In this document: positions 17,962 through 27,141 of the stretch, one piece after another
How positions within the stretch are numbered: position 1 is the first letter of the stretch
How the letters are laid out: each line of letters starts with the position of its first letter
Source: a bacterium
Lineage (GTDB): Bacteria; Patescibacteriota; UBA1384; VFKW01
Assembly: GCA_030647355.1 (NCBI GenBank)
Contig: JAUSIS010000009.1
Location: 512-64,511 of the forward strand
Reading direction: 5' to 3'
Length of the DNA stretch: 64,000 nucleotides
Position numbers and translations under genes: made by a program
The notes under the pieces: generated by a model
What the model saw: the letters and a program-made list of their open reading frames with translations, nothing else
What the model was told of the DNA's origin: nothing
The model's database searches: none

Positions 17962-17983
17962 TCAGTTGACACAAGTTTGTTAT

Positions 17984-18009
17984 CCGGCTCGTCAGAGCCG
18001 GTTTTTTTA
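17984..18009 (+). terminator. rho-independent terminator
   Basis: CCGGCTC gtcaga GAGCCGG followed by TTTTTTT. Confidence 0.75.
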
Positions 18010-18116
18010 TACTAAAAACGTGGTAGAGTGGATTGACAGTAAGCGATCCTTTTCATACGATGCCAGCAGAAGACGAACGCTAATAATCAAAGATTATCTG
18101 GTAGGGAGGGTTTGGA

Positions 18117-18464
18117 ATGGGAAATACGGATTTGATTGTGGTAATCGCGCTCATCGCCGCGGTAACTGCACTCGTTGCTGTGGTAATGCATATCGTCTTA
18201 CAACGCCAGGCGGAAGCAGAGAATAAAGAGGAACGAGAAGACCTCATCAAAGTGCATGGCCGTCAAGCAGACTTGCTATACGAACTCGCCAAAAAAGGGA
18301 AAATGCCTGCGGAGGCGTGGATCGCAATCTATGCGGTACTATCACAGGATTGGGATCCTGACAGGCGGGCATTGCTCGAACGGCGGATTAAGGAGATGGG
18401 GCTGGAGGGCATCTCCGATCTGCTCAAAGCACTGCGAGAGGCGGCTTCTGGAGACACTAAATAA
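18117..18464 (+). CDS. small membrane-anchored hypothetical protein
   Basis: N-terminal TM helix, GGGAGGG SD. Confidence 0.45.
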   Translation: MGNTDLIVVIALIAAVTALVAVVMHIVLQRQAEAENKEEREDLIKVHGRQADLLYELAKKGKMPAEAWIAIYAVLSQDWDPDRRALLERRIKEMGLEGISDLLKALREAASGDTK

Positions 18465-18527
18465 GTTGCCTGCATCAACTCACTGCAGATTTCGATATTT
18501 ACGGGTGGAGATTCCACCCTCTTTTTA

Positions 18528-18866
18528 TCAATATAATTTTGAGCCGATGATGGCGTTTTCTTTGTCAGGAACCACGAGGATGCACTCATCTGATTCGTCA
18601 GGCGTGCCAAGGGTGAGCACTTCGGAAACAAATGGGCCGATTTGGCGAGGAGGAAAATTGATGACGCCAAGTATTTTCTTGCCGATTAATTCTTTTTTTT
18701 TATAATTGCTGGCAATACCAGCACTGGATAATTTGATGCCTATTTCGTCGCCGAAATTTATTTTTAGCTTATAGGAAGGGTGGCGTTTGGCTTCGGGGAA
18801 GTCATCGACTTCCACTATCTCCCCTACTCTGATGTCTAGTTTTTCATAATCTTCTATTGTTGCCAT
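18528..18866 (-). CDS. csaA: tRNA-binding domain protein (CsaA/Trbp111-like, EMAP fold)
   Basis: LDIRVGEIVEVDDFPEAKRHPSYKLKINFGDE...GIASNY...ELIGKKILGVINFPPRQIG pattern. Confidence 0.75.
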   Translation of the reverse strand: MATIEDYEKLDIRVGEIVEVDDFPEAKRHPSYKLKINFGDEIGIKLSSAGIASNYKKKELIGKKILGVINFPPRQIGPFVSEVLTLGTPDESDECILVVPDKENAIIGSKLY

Positions 18867-18902
18867 AGTTCTCCTTTGTTATTGATTTTATCTTATTGAT
18901 AG

Positions 18903-18936
18903 AAAAATAAAAAGAGCCTGCGGTTTAATGCAGGCT
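18903..18936 (-). terminator. terminator for tandem-PRTase gene
   Basis: GCCTGC ggtttaat GCAGGC hairpin followed by T-run on minus strand. Confidence 0.6.
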
Positions 18937-18950
18937 GTATGTCGGATAGA

Positions 18951-20036
18951 TCAGGAGTTGGTGATGGAGCCGCCGGCTGCCAGCCATTGCTGGCCTTGTA
19001 TCGTTGACACCCACGATCGCCCCTTGCCGTACTTGCCACTGACGGGCTTGCTCTCCGTGCATAGCGGGCATTCGGAATCTACCCAGGATTCCATCGCTAT
19101 CTTGACTAGCGCGCTTAGCGATACTCCACACAGGTCGTCAGAGGTGACTCCGCCACGATCAGCGATGACCGAAAGGCCGATAATCTCGGCGATTTCCTGG
19201 ATCGCTACGATCATTCTCTTGGCAGAACCGCCCGTGGTGGTGATGTCCTCGATTAGGCCGACTTTCTGACCCTCGATTTTCGACCGGAACGGTCCAAGGT
19301 CCATGGGGACATCGCGGGCGATTTGCCTGTCGAACTCCGTATAGACGGCTTTCACGGGCCGATTTCCCACGATTGAGAGATAGTCAGCGAATCCATGGGC
19401 AATCGGAATACCGGCGCCTGGAGGAGAAACGACTATCTCAACTTCACGCTCCAGGAATCGTTGGGCTTGTTGGAAGACTCCGATGGCCTTTGGGTATTCA
19501 CTGGTGATTGCCCAATCTAATCCGGTGAAGCAACCGTTGGCTATGTCAAAGATATCAACAATGCCGACGATGTTTCCTGGATTAGCGCGGAGAACCGTTT
19601 CCGTTGTTCTTCGCTCTCTTCTGAAGCCTTCAATGATTAGCACCCGATGGCCGGCGATGTCTTCATCGAACCCGCGCTTGAGGATTATGGGATCTGTATC
19701 TGTCCCCTCATAGCGCGGCTGGACGAAGGCAGCATTGACCGGGCGCTTCTCAACTCGGGAAATGTGGCGAGCAACGCCATGAGCAAAAGCGATACCACCT
19801 TCCGCCGGGCCGACGATTGTTGCCACTCCCGTTCCAAGGAACGGCTGTGCAAGTCCCCCATAGAAGGCTAGTACATCCGGATACAACCGGCCGATCGCAT
19901 CCTTATTGATATAGCGATCGGAATGCCGCCATACTCCGTCGGCCTTGGGGGTAAGAGCGAAGTGCCCTTCGAGCAGCGAGCCGGATTTCTTCAGTCCTTC
20001 TGAATAATCAGTTTGGTCTTTCTGCAAGTTTTTCAC
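18951..20036 (-). CDS. internally duplicated type I phosphoribosyltransferase (OPRT-like); N-terminal copy lacks PRPP loop, C-terminal copy intact; likely TTG start at 20018
   Basis: N-half: LKKSGSLLEGHFALTPKADG (OPRT-like hood) but RVLIIEGFRRERRT instead of a PRPP loop. C-half: KVGLIEDITTTGGSAKRMI canonical PRPP motif. C-terminal CPLC cysteine pair. Confidence 0.6.
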   Translation of the reverse strand: MKNLQKDQTDYSEGLKKSGSLLEGHFALTPKADGVWRHSDRYINKDAIGRLYPDVLAFYGGLAQPFLGTGVATIVGPAEGGIAFAHGVARHISRVEKRPVNAAFVQPRYEGTDTDPIILKRGFDEDIAGHRVLIIEGFRRERRTTETVLRANPGNIVGIVDIFDIANGCFTGLDWAITSEYPKAIGVFQQAQRFLEREVEIVVSPPGAGIPIAHGFADYLSIVGNRPVKAVYTEFDRQIARDVPMDLGPFRSKIEGQKVGLIEDITTTGGSAKRMIVAIQEIAEIIGLSVIADRGGVTSDDLCGVSLSALVKIAMESWVDSECPLCTESKPVSGKYGKGRSWVSTIQGQQWLAAGGSITNS

Positions 20037-20078
20037 CTCCTTTCCTGCAGAGTTTGAAGTTCGGTAGAACGGTGACGA

Positions 20079-20831
20079 TCATCCGCGCTGGATGAGCTGG
20101 CGGGTCATCTCCTGGGCGTTGAGCGCCATCTGGCGAGGCGAAGCAAGGATGCCTTTCGCCTTTTCGTAGACACCCGATCCGATGATCGGGGTGAAGTACG
20201 GACCGGCGACCTTTGCCGTTTCCGAGATGACACCCAACTGATCAATGAACCCGGGAGCCCACAGGCGGAAGAACCGCCCTCTGGGTACCAGACCGTCAAT
20301 CAGATCGAAGTACTTCTTGACGAATTCGACCTTGTTGCCCGGAACGACGAAGTTCCTCACTCCCAGCCCGACGGCGAGCCGGAAGATGCGCTCGGGAGCG
20401 TCATCGGCGATATAGCCGCCCTCGCAGACGAGGAATTGCGCGTGCGTCATGTGAGCACCCACGAGAACTTCCAGCCCGGCTTCCCGACAGGCTTCTGTCC
20501 ATGCTATCTGGGTTGTTGGGCCAGCCAGCGGGAAGAGAATAACTTCATCCACTCCCGCCGCCTTGAGCATCTTGGCGAACTTGACGCCCATCTGCGGAAT
20601 GTCGGTGCCCGCCTTCTGGTGATCGTAGACGATCGGCTTGTTGGTTATTGCCTTGATCCGGCCGACCTTGCGCTTGAGTCCTTCGTTGCCACCGGACAGC
20701 GTAATGCCGACTTTGAAGGCGGAAACACCGGGAACTTGGTGCGTCGCCTTGACGAGGACTGTCACTTCTTCCGATTCCACATCGCAAGCGATTGCGATTC
20801 CATTTGGACCTACTAACGGTACTGTTGCCAT
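20079..20831 (-). CDS. orotidine 5'-phosphate decarboxylase-like protein (OMPDC suprafamily); start taken at internal Met with AAGGAAG SD
   Basis: FKVGITL...IVYDHQKAGTDIPQMG (D-x-x-K-x-x-x-D variant of DxKxxD), VVPGNK and IIGSGVY blocks resemble PyrF. Confidence 0.55.
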   Translation of the reverse strand: MATVPLVGPNGIAIACDVESEEVTVLVKATHQVPGVSAFKVGITLSGGNEGLKRKVGRIKAITNKPIVYDHQKAGTDIPQMGVKFAKMLKAAGVDEVILFPLAGPTTQIAWTEACREAGLEVLVGAHMTHAQFLVCEGGYIADDAPERIFRLAVGLGVRNFVVPGNKVEFVKKYFDLIDGLVPRGRFFRLWAPGFIDQLGVISETAKVAGPYFTPIIGSGVYEKAKGILASPRQMALNAQEMTRQLIQRG

Positions 20832-21064
20832 AGTTTTTTCTTCCTTCGTTGTGTATTTGGACTTGCGGTAATACAATGGCGACTAGACTTCACCTCCAGG
20901 TGTCCGCATTGGAAAGCGGTAGATTGTATGGTACAAACCAATTCCAAAATTTGAAACTGGTTATTGTGAAGCGATTATATCTTAAGATTATAGGAAAAGC
21001 AAGGCGATGGAGCTAATATTGACTATGGGCATAAGGAAAGTTAAGCTAGAATCAAAGGAGGAAA

Positions 21065-21532
21065 ATGGATACAAATACAATTTTGGTAATAGTTGTGATC
21101 GTGGGAATCGTTGCCCTAGTTATTTATTTGTATATCAAGAGGTTAAACTCGGCCTGGAAAGGCACGCTTATCGACAAGCAGATTGTGCAAAGACAAGTTG
21201 TTGAGAATTCAGGAAGTCGTAATGCCAGTGGTATGAGAACAACAAGAATGGAAACGACTTATGAGATGAAATTTGATACCGAGGAAGGGAAACGAATCGT
21301 GTTATCTGTAAAGGAAGAGTTGTATAATTCATCAGTAGTGGGTGAAAAGTTTGAAAAAGTTAAGGGCGAATATATGCCAAAGAAAATAGAGGTAAATGCG
21401 CAGGAATCCACAGTTGTTCAACCGCCGATAGCTGCGCCAGAATCTTCCATTGCTCAAGCACCTTCAGTTGCAACCGATCAGACCACTATTCCCAATCAGC
21501 CGCCTTCTGACGAGGGGCAGGATCAAGTATAA
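21065..21532 (+). CDS. membrane-anchored hypothetical protein
   Basis: N-terminal TM helix; strong SD CAAAGGAGGAAA. Confidence 0.45.
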   Translation: MDTNTILVIVVIVGIVALVIYLYIKRLNSAWKGTLIDKQIVQRQVVENSGSRNASGMRTTRMETTYEMKFDTEEGKRIVLSVKEELYNSSVVGEKFEKVKGEYMPKKIEVNAQESTVVQPPIAAPESSIAQAPSVATDQTTIPNQPPSDEGQDQV

Positions 21533-21652
21533 AGTGGATTTTTTATTGAATATGTTGAGTGAGGTGGTTTCGGTACCGACATGCCATGTTTTGGCGCTGA
21601 CAACGCCAGAGGTTCAAAGGGAAGGATTTAGTAATTGAACAAAAAAGTACAT

Positions 21653-22966
21653 TCATTTGTTTCTCTCAATTATTTCTTTGATAATCTCTAAATTATTCTT
21701 TTTCCAATCGATTTTGTTTTTTTCTTCCTTCCACCAAAGCATAAGTGAAACTAAGCAATATATAGATCGAATTGCTTCATAATCATCAATCTGCATTCTT
21801 GATTTATGCGATACATTATTACGGTAGATTATTAGTTCATCAATATTTTTCGCAATTTGGCTCGGAAAAAGATAGGTTCGTTTTTCTTTTCCTGATAATT
21901 CATTTATTTTTGTATTGATTCTGCTCGTCTGAATATTAAAAAGTTGGAAAATTTTTCTAACTAAATCCAGATCAACTATTGTTTCTGGGTTATTTAGATC
22001 CATAGATAACTCTTCTCGGTTAATTTTTTTAGTTTCAGGCTGCTTATTCCCCATGGAATTAATTACTTTGTTGTAGATTAGGTTATAGATATTCCCTAAG
22101 GGCATCTCTGGGCAGGGATCTCGGAATAAGGTTTCGAATATTTGTATTAAGTACTCTTCAGCAAGTAAACCTGCGGAACTTATACTTGCAGAATACTGTC
22201 CATCTTTATACTCAGACGACATCTTCTCTACATGGGAGAATTCCCTTGGATCGCAGATATGGCTTGTTACAGATTCTAGAAAATAGACATACGGAGAAAA
22301 AACCTCCTCTTTTGGTGAGTATATTGGTAAAATCGAGGTATTCTTTACTTGCCCCAAAAGAAGAAAGAAATTATTGAGCTCTTCCAATGGCTTGGCGTTG
22401 ATGGAAGTGAAGGAAATTTTTCGGTCTTTATCGTTTCTATATGAATGTTCATAAGCCCGTGGGGTTGGCTTATCTAAAGGTATGATCATTCCTGATTTGA
22501 TTTTTATGAAGTTTTCATCTCTGATTAGAGGATTGAAATCTTCATAGTTGATGTGTTCTTTAAAATAATCTATTGCTTCATTGTATTGTTTTTTTATTTT
22601 TGTCAGACCAATAAATCTAACCACAGAAGACAGCTCGGATAATAAAAATTCATCATAGCGAATTTTTATACTTTGATCTGCTAGCAAGTAGAATAGCGAC
22701 AAAATCGCTGCCGGAGACAATATAAGTTGATTTATAATCTCCTCGATATTAGTTTGTTTAGAATTAATTTTATTGTCTTCTTTTTTGAGTTGGTTTTCTA
22801 GGAAGCCTGAAAACCCTTCATGCCTAGACCAATCTCCTTTAAAAATCCAAATGCCCGAATTAGTCGGGTTCTTTAAGTATCCACTTACTTGCCGGATATC
22901 TCTTTCATCTACAAGTATCTTCCTAATATTCGGTCGAAATATCCGTCTAGGACGATTAACTCTCAT
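21653..22966 (-). CDS. AT-rich orphan protein with C-terminal HEPN-like Rx4H motif (candidate abortive-infection/defense protein)
   Basis: 437 aa, about 28% GC between 55% GC neighbours; C-terminal YRNNVSHKSRMQ (R-x4-H) followed by hydrophobic helix; no other recognizable domain. Confidence 0.45.
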   Translation of the reverse strand: MRVNRPRRIFRPNIRKILVDERDIRQVSGYLKNPTNSGIWIFKGDWSRHEGFSGFLENQLKKEDNKINSKQTNIEEIINQLILSPAAILSLFYLLADQSIKIRYDEFLLSELSSVVRFIGLTKIKKQYNEAIDYFKEHINYEDFNPLIRDENFIKIKSGMIIPLDKPTPRAYEHSYRNDKDRKISFTSINAKPLEELNNFFLLLGQVKNTSILPIYSPKEEVFSPYVYFLESVTSHICDPREFSHVEKMSSEYKDGQYSASISSAGLLAEEYLIQIFETLFRDPCPEMPLGNIYNLIYNKVINSMGNKQPETKKINREELSMDLNNPETIVDLDLVRKIFQLFNIQTSRINTKINELSGKEKRTYLFPSQIAKNIDELIIYRNNVSHKSRMQIDDYEAIRSIYCLVSLMLWWKEEKNKIDWKKNNLEIIKEIIERNK

Positions 22967-23032
22967 ATTTTCCCTTTCTTGCCTTCAGGATAGCACTCGA
23001 GAATTTTTTGTCAAATTGGATTGAACAAAAAA

Positions 23033-23067
23033 GGGAATAAAAAGAGGGCTCGGATGGTTACGAGCCC
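23033..23067 (-). terminator. terminator overlapping tyrA stop codon
   Basis: GGGCTCG gatggtta CGAGCCC with T-run on minus strand. Confidence 0.55.
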
Positions 23068-24137
23068 TTGATGATGGTGAGTTCGGTGCTTTGGCTGATT
23101 CGATCCATGGCCGACTGCACTTCAGCAGACTCTGTGTTCTGCTGAAGTCCGAGCCGAAACCTGAATCCGCTCCCAGATGGATAGGAGAAGATCGAAGTCA
23201 GGTTAACGCCTGTCTCGCTTAGGATAGTTAGCGGCTGTACCAGGAGCCCAGGGAGGTCTTGTGTTGCCTCCAAAGTTACCTTGTACTCATGCGACCAGTC
23301 GGCAACTATACGGTTCAAATCCTGGAAGAGGTCGTATCCGTCCTGAATTACCGGCGCCGTGAAATGCTCACGGCTGGCGGTGAATTCATTGATGAAGCTG
23401 TCCCTGTCACCGGACTTGACAATCTCATACAGGTGTTGGACCGCTTGAACAAACGCATCCAAGACCTTGACTGTGGCTGGGTTGCACATCTGAATGTCAC
23501 AGTAAAGCTCGGGGTCTTGACGAAGAAGCCTTCCCATGAGGCTCTGCGATATACGGTAGAATGGGCTGGTGTAAGTGAGACTATCAGCCACATCAACACC
23601 AATTTCCCGTAAGACAGCCGCCGATGCCATCTGGTTGAAATGAGGCATCGCCTGGACAAAAGCCATCATGAGATCGTGGTCTACCGGATTGGCCATCTTG
23701 ACCTTGGCTTGCAGCCTCGTGAGCACTTCAAGCATCCAAGCGTTCCACCAGTCAGAACAGGGTTCTGTCAGGCAGGTGACTACTGTCTGACCATGCAAGT
23801 TGGTCGTAGGAGGGGCGCACATTGGGTGCAGCCCAACCACATTTGCTTCTGATTTGAGCATTGACTCCACTTGAAGTTCTTTCAATGAAGTAACGTCAAA
23901 CCAGAATTGAGTAGGACGGGCATATGGCACAACTTGCTCGATTACTTCACAGGTGACTCTCGGCGGTACCGAGAAGATCACCACATCGGATCGTTCGACG
24001 ACATCCCGATTGCTTAGATGGCTTTCCAAGATGTCAGACCCTATAACAGGGTAGCCCATCTGTTTGAATACCCGTTCGAGCCATTGACCATATCTGCCAC
24101 GAAGGCCAATGATACCGATGATGAGGTTTCTTTCCAA
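23058..24137 (-). CDS. tyrA: prephenate dehydrogenase with C-terminal ACT domain
   Basis: N-terminal Rossmann IIGIIGLRGRYG, PDH helical domain, C-terminal ACT-like 70 aa. Confidence 0.75.
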   Translation of the reverse strand: MERNLIIGIIGLRGRYGQWLERVFKQMGYPVIGSDILESHLSNRDVVERSDVVIFSVPPRVTCEVIEQVVPYARPTQFWFDVTSLKELQVESMLKSEANVVGLHPMCAPPTTNLHGQTVVTCLTEPCSDWWNAWMLEVLTRLQAKVKMANPVDHDLMMAFVQAMPHFNQMASAAVLREIGVDVADSLTYTSPFYRISQSLMGRLLRQDPELYCDIQMCNPATVKVLDAFVQAVQHLYEIVKSGDRDSFINEFTASREHFTAPVIQDGYDLFQDLNRIVADWSHEYKVTLEATQDLPGLLVQPLTILSETGVNLTSIFSYPSGSGFRFRLGLQQNTESAEVQSAMDRISQSTELTIIKGS

Positions 24138-24409
24138 GCGTCTTCCCTCCTTTTGCTTGGCGTTCTAGATTTTGGTATTTGCATGTTAAGAGTACTGCTC
24201 TGCGTATTATATATAGTATATACCACAGAGTCAAGAAAAAAGGTGGCTGGGTGAGGTTTGGCAAATTAGATTGAACAAAGGCTCCTTGGGAGGTTGACTT
24301 TCTTCAGTTGTTGTGGTATTATTGTACATTATCAGATTGCTTACTCTTAATACACCCATAGTGGGCTAGGGTAGGCATATGACGGAGGACTGGTTGGAGG
24401 TCTTCAGAT

Positions 24410-24892
24410 ATGACCGTAGAAACCCTGTATGACCAGCTTGACGAAATCGCTAAGCTCCCAAAGGAACAGCACCGAGAGGCGGCTCAACCCATCATTGACG
24501 GTATTATCGCGGGGCTGAATTCGTCAGACATCGGTGCAATAAGCCAGGCATCGGCAGCGATCAATCATGAAGTAATGAGCGGGGATGATGGCCTTTTCGG
24601 CGATGAGGTCGGCAAGGACATGATAGTCAACTGCGTCATCGCCCGCGCATTTGTGCAAGCACTTCAGGCGCAGACCGATCGTCGGCTTCGGGCAGAAATC
24701 ATCGAGAGTGCCTGGGAATTCGTTGACAACAACTTTCCCGGTGATGAGGCGGCACCCGAGCTGTACACTGCACTCCAGCAAGCCGCACGGAGCACTGAAG
24801 GAGAAGCTCTCGAGTATGCCAAGAAAGCGATCAAGATACTCGAGGAAGACTACCCTGAACTGCTGGCAGCGAATCCTGAACCCGGGGATTAG
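24410..24892 (+). CDS. acidic hypothetical protein
   Basis: GGAGGT SD; no recognizable domain. Confidence 0.45.
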   Translation: MTVETLYDQLDEIAKLPKEQHREAAQPIIDGIIAGLNSSDIGAISQASAAINHEVMSGDDGLFGDEVGKDMIVNCVIARAFVQALQAQTDRRLRAEIIESAWEFVDNNFPGDEAAPELYTALQQAARSTEGEALEYAKKAIKILEEDYPELLAANPEPGD

Positions 24893-24907
24893 ACATTCCC
24901 AACATAT

Positions 24908-24950
24908 GAAGACCGTAAGTGGCTACCCTAGCACCCGGTCTTCTTTTTTG
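24908..24950 (+). terminator. terminator-like hairpin with T-run
   Basis: GAAGACCG...CGGTCTTC stem (long loop) followed by TTTTTTG. Confidence 0.45.
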
Positions 24951-25179
24951 GGGTAGGGGATGTCAAGGTGGCGGTTGATTGAATATATATATTATGCTAC
25001 AGTGACATAAATAGGAACAACATGCTTTTGACAAAAACGATTAAAACTTGGTCAAGTTTCGCGCAAGAACTCGTTGCCTTCCGAGAGGGTAGGTTTTGAG
25101 TTCTCTTTGAGTACTTAAGACCTTGAAGCCTGCCCATCTCGGACGGGCTTTTTTGTTGTCCAAAAAAAAGGAGGGTATC

Positions 25180-25506
25180 GTGTCTGGAAAAGAAAAGTGG
25201 TATCTGTGCGTCTCGTTAATGCCCGGGGACAAGAAGCCGAAGGTGGAAATCCTTTCTTCAAATTATGTCCCTGCCGAGGGTGGGGAGATAAAAATCTTCG
25301 GTCAGTTTGACAGCGAAGATGACGCAAAAGAAGTCAGGAAGGGTCTCGGCGATCGGCAACTTCTGAATGATTGGAAAAGCGGGCTGATCAAGAACTATTC
25401 GAGACTATTGGAGATGGATTGCAATGGTTATTGTGGACTTTACCCCGAGCCACCGAGGGGAGAATTGGGAACTGACGGCAGATATTACGAAGACGATGGC
25501 GCGTGA
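25180..25506 (+). CDS. small hypothetical protein (GTG start preferred over ORF-track ATG 25123)
   Basis: AGGAGG 5 nt upstream of GTG 25180; upstream part of track ORF overlaps a hairpin/T-run. Confidence 0.4.
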   Translation: MSGKEKWYLCVSLMPGDKKPKVEILSSNYVPAEGGEIKIFGQFDSEDDAKEVRKGLGDRQLLNDWKSGLIKNYSRLLEMDCNGYCGLYPEPPRGELGTDGRYYEDDGA

Positions 25507-25522
25507 ATCAAATGCTATGCTT

Positions 25523-25551
25523 AGCGGTTGCTTCGGCAACCGCTTTTTTTG
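25523..25551 (+). terminator. rho-independent terminator
   Basis: AGCGGTTGC ttcg GCAACCGCT followed by TTTTTTT. Confidence 0.75.
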
Positions 25552-25579
25552 AAGTGGATGGTAAAGTCGGGGAATATTG

Positions 25580-25608
25580 AAAATAAAAATACCCCGCCGA
25601 GGCGGGGG
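25580..25608 (-). terminator. terminator for purN-like gene
   Basis: CCCCGCC ga GGCGGGG hairpin, T-run on minus strand. Confidence 0.6.
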
Positions 25609-25640
25609 TTGTGATAGGGTTGTGTTGAGAGATTGGCGAC

Positions 25641-26408
25641 CTAGCCTTTGACGCCAGCTGCTTGGGCGACAATGAAGACCTTCTGAATGAACTCTAGCAG
25701 AAAGCGTTCGCGGCGGGTGAAGTAGATTACCTTCTGCGTCGGAACACACTTGCCAGCTTCCAGGGCGCGCGCAATCATTTCCAGAGCGCGTATTTGCACC
25801 CGATGCTCCACGGGCAGAAGCCGTTGCTGAAGCTCATTGGCTTTCTCGTTCTTATCAACAGGTATGCCCTCACAGTGGATTATGGCTCCGCTATCGTACT
25901 GACCACCGACGAGTTGAGCGGTGGCAACGGTCTCCAATTCCCGCTTGACAAGCTGGGAGAGGACAACCATAGCGATGTGCGGCCAGATGCCGAAGAAGCT
26001 TTTTCCACCAACGCCGTTGGTTAAGGCGGGGTGCTGATTGACTCCCCAGTACTTCTCCAAGACATTCTCCGGCGTCTTCGGCAGCCAGCCATATTGTCCG
26101 AAGAGGTCAATCTTGAATTCGTCAAAGATTGCAATGAGCGCCCGGCCGAAAGCCACTTTGTCTTTGCCGTAGTCCTCCGGGTTGCAGGTACGGATGCAGT
26201 CTTTGGGGAATCCGGCGGCGATCAGCTTCTGTTTGGCGCCGGCACTGGGGTCGCTGATGACAACACAGACGACCTCAATCAAGCCGTGTAGGATTCCTGT
26301 AGCCAGTGTGGCCATGAAGACTGCCAAGGCGGTGGTGCCGCCGCCGGAAGCCAGGATAACCAGACGAAGTGGCAGCTTCTTGCGCAGGATTCGTTTCGTA
26401 AGATTCAT
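25641..26408 (-). CDS. formyltransferase family protein (PurN-like, N-terminally extended)
   Basis: RLVILASGGGT N-terminal motif and NQHPALTNG (cf. NIHPSLLP) block. Confidence 0.55.
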   Translation of the reverse strand: MNLTKRILRKKLPLRLVILASGGGTTALAVFMATLATGILHGLIEVVCVVISDPSAGAKQKLIAAGFPKDCIRTCNPEDYGKDKVAFGRALIAIFDEFKIDLFGQYGWLPKTPENVLEKYWGVNQHPALTNGVGGKSFFGIWPHIAMVVLSQLVKRELETVATAQLVGGQYDSGAIIHCEGIPVDKNEKANELQQRLLPVEHRVQIRALEMIARALEAGKCVPTQKVIYFTRRERFLLEFIQKVFIVAQAAGVKG

Positions 26409-26612
26409 TAAGTATACGATCCCCTTTCCAGATGTTGGGTTACTAAACCTATGTTAAGTATATACCGGCGGGGAAGATAAAAGTCAATCTAGATCACAGG
26501 GATTCTTATGAGATTGCTTTTTGAACTAATCAGCGATTGCGATTTAGCTACTTTATTAATAAAAATAGGGGCGGTATGGTAACCGACCCTTGGTTGGTGT
26601 GCTGGCTGATTC

Positions 26613-27068
26613 TTATTGCTCATCCTTTTCTGGTCCACCCTCGTTGTTTTCCCGTTTCAGGCATGCTATTTCGTCTTTCTTGAAACGCATGCGGCCGAGT
26701 ATCCGCTGGATGATGAAGATGGCTTCGAATTTGCTCATCGCATCCGTTGTATAATCCACAAAGACCATGATCGGTTGCGATATGACTATGAGGGCAGTCC
26801 AGGTGATCGGCACGTCCAGCCAATTATGCGTAACATGGACCGTTTGCCTTGAACATAGCTGCACTACGATCGCCACCCAGTGGGAGAAGCAGTAATGACA
26901 CTTGATAAGCTCAAGGTAGTCCTTGGCTGGGGTATTGCCGAACTTATCGGTCAGCCAAACACGAAATGCTTTGAATATTCGGGTACGGGTGACATCATAG
27001 CTGATGATCGCTACGAGCGTGCTTAGCGTAAGCAGCTGCAGGAAACTCAAATCAATCGCCTCCTCCAT
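26613..27068 (-). CDS. DUF1360 family membrane protein
   Basis: KCHYCFSHW motif with flanking TM helices. Confidence 0.5.
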   Translation of the reverse strand: MEEAIDLSFLQLLTLSTLVAIISYDVTRTRIFKAFRVWLTDKFGNTPAKDYLELIKCHYCFSHWVAIVVQLCSRQTVHVTHNWLDVPITWTALIVISQPIMVFVDYTTDAMSKFEAIFIIQRILGRMRFKKDEIACLKRENNEGGPEKDEQ

Positions 27069-27141
27069 GGTAAAATCAACTCGACGCGTTTGTATATCGC
27101 ATTATTATATTTTTTTGCTTCTCTGTCAAGCAATAAAGAGC

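Noticed and set aside
17346-17972. 208-aa minus-strand ORF overlapping the 17380-17961 plus-strand ORF
   Set aside because: Low-complexity Ala/Arg/Ser composition and no SD. The plus-strand ORF has a TTG start with a GAGGGAG SD and is followed by a clean terminator.
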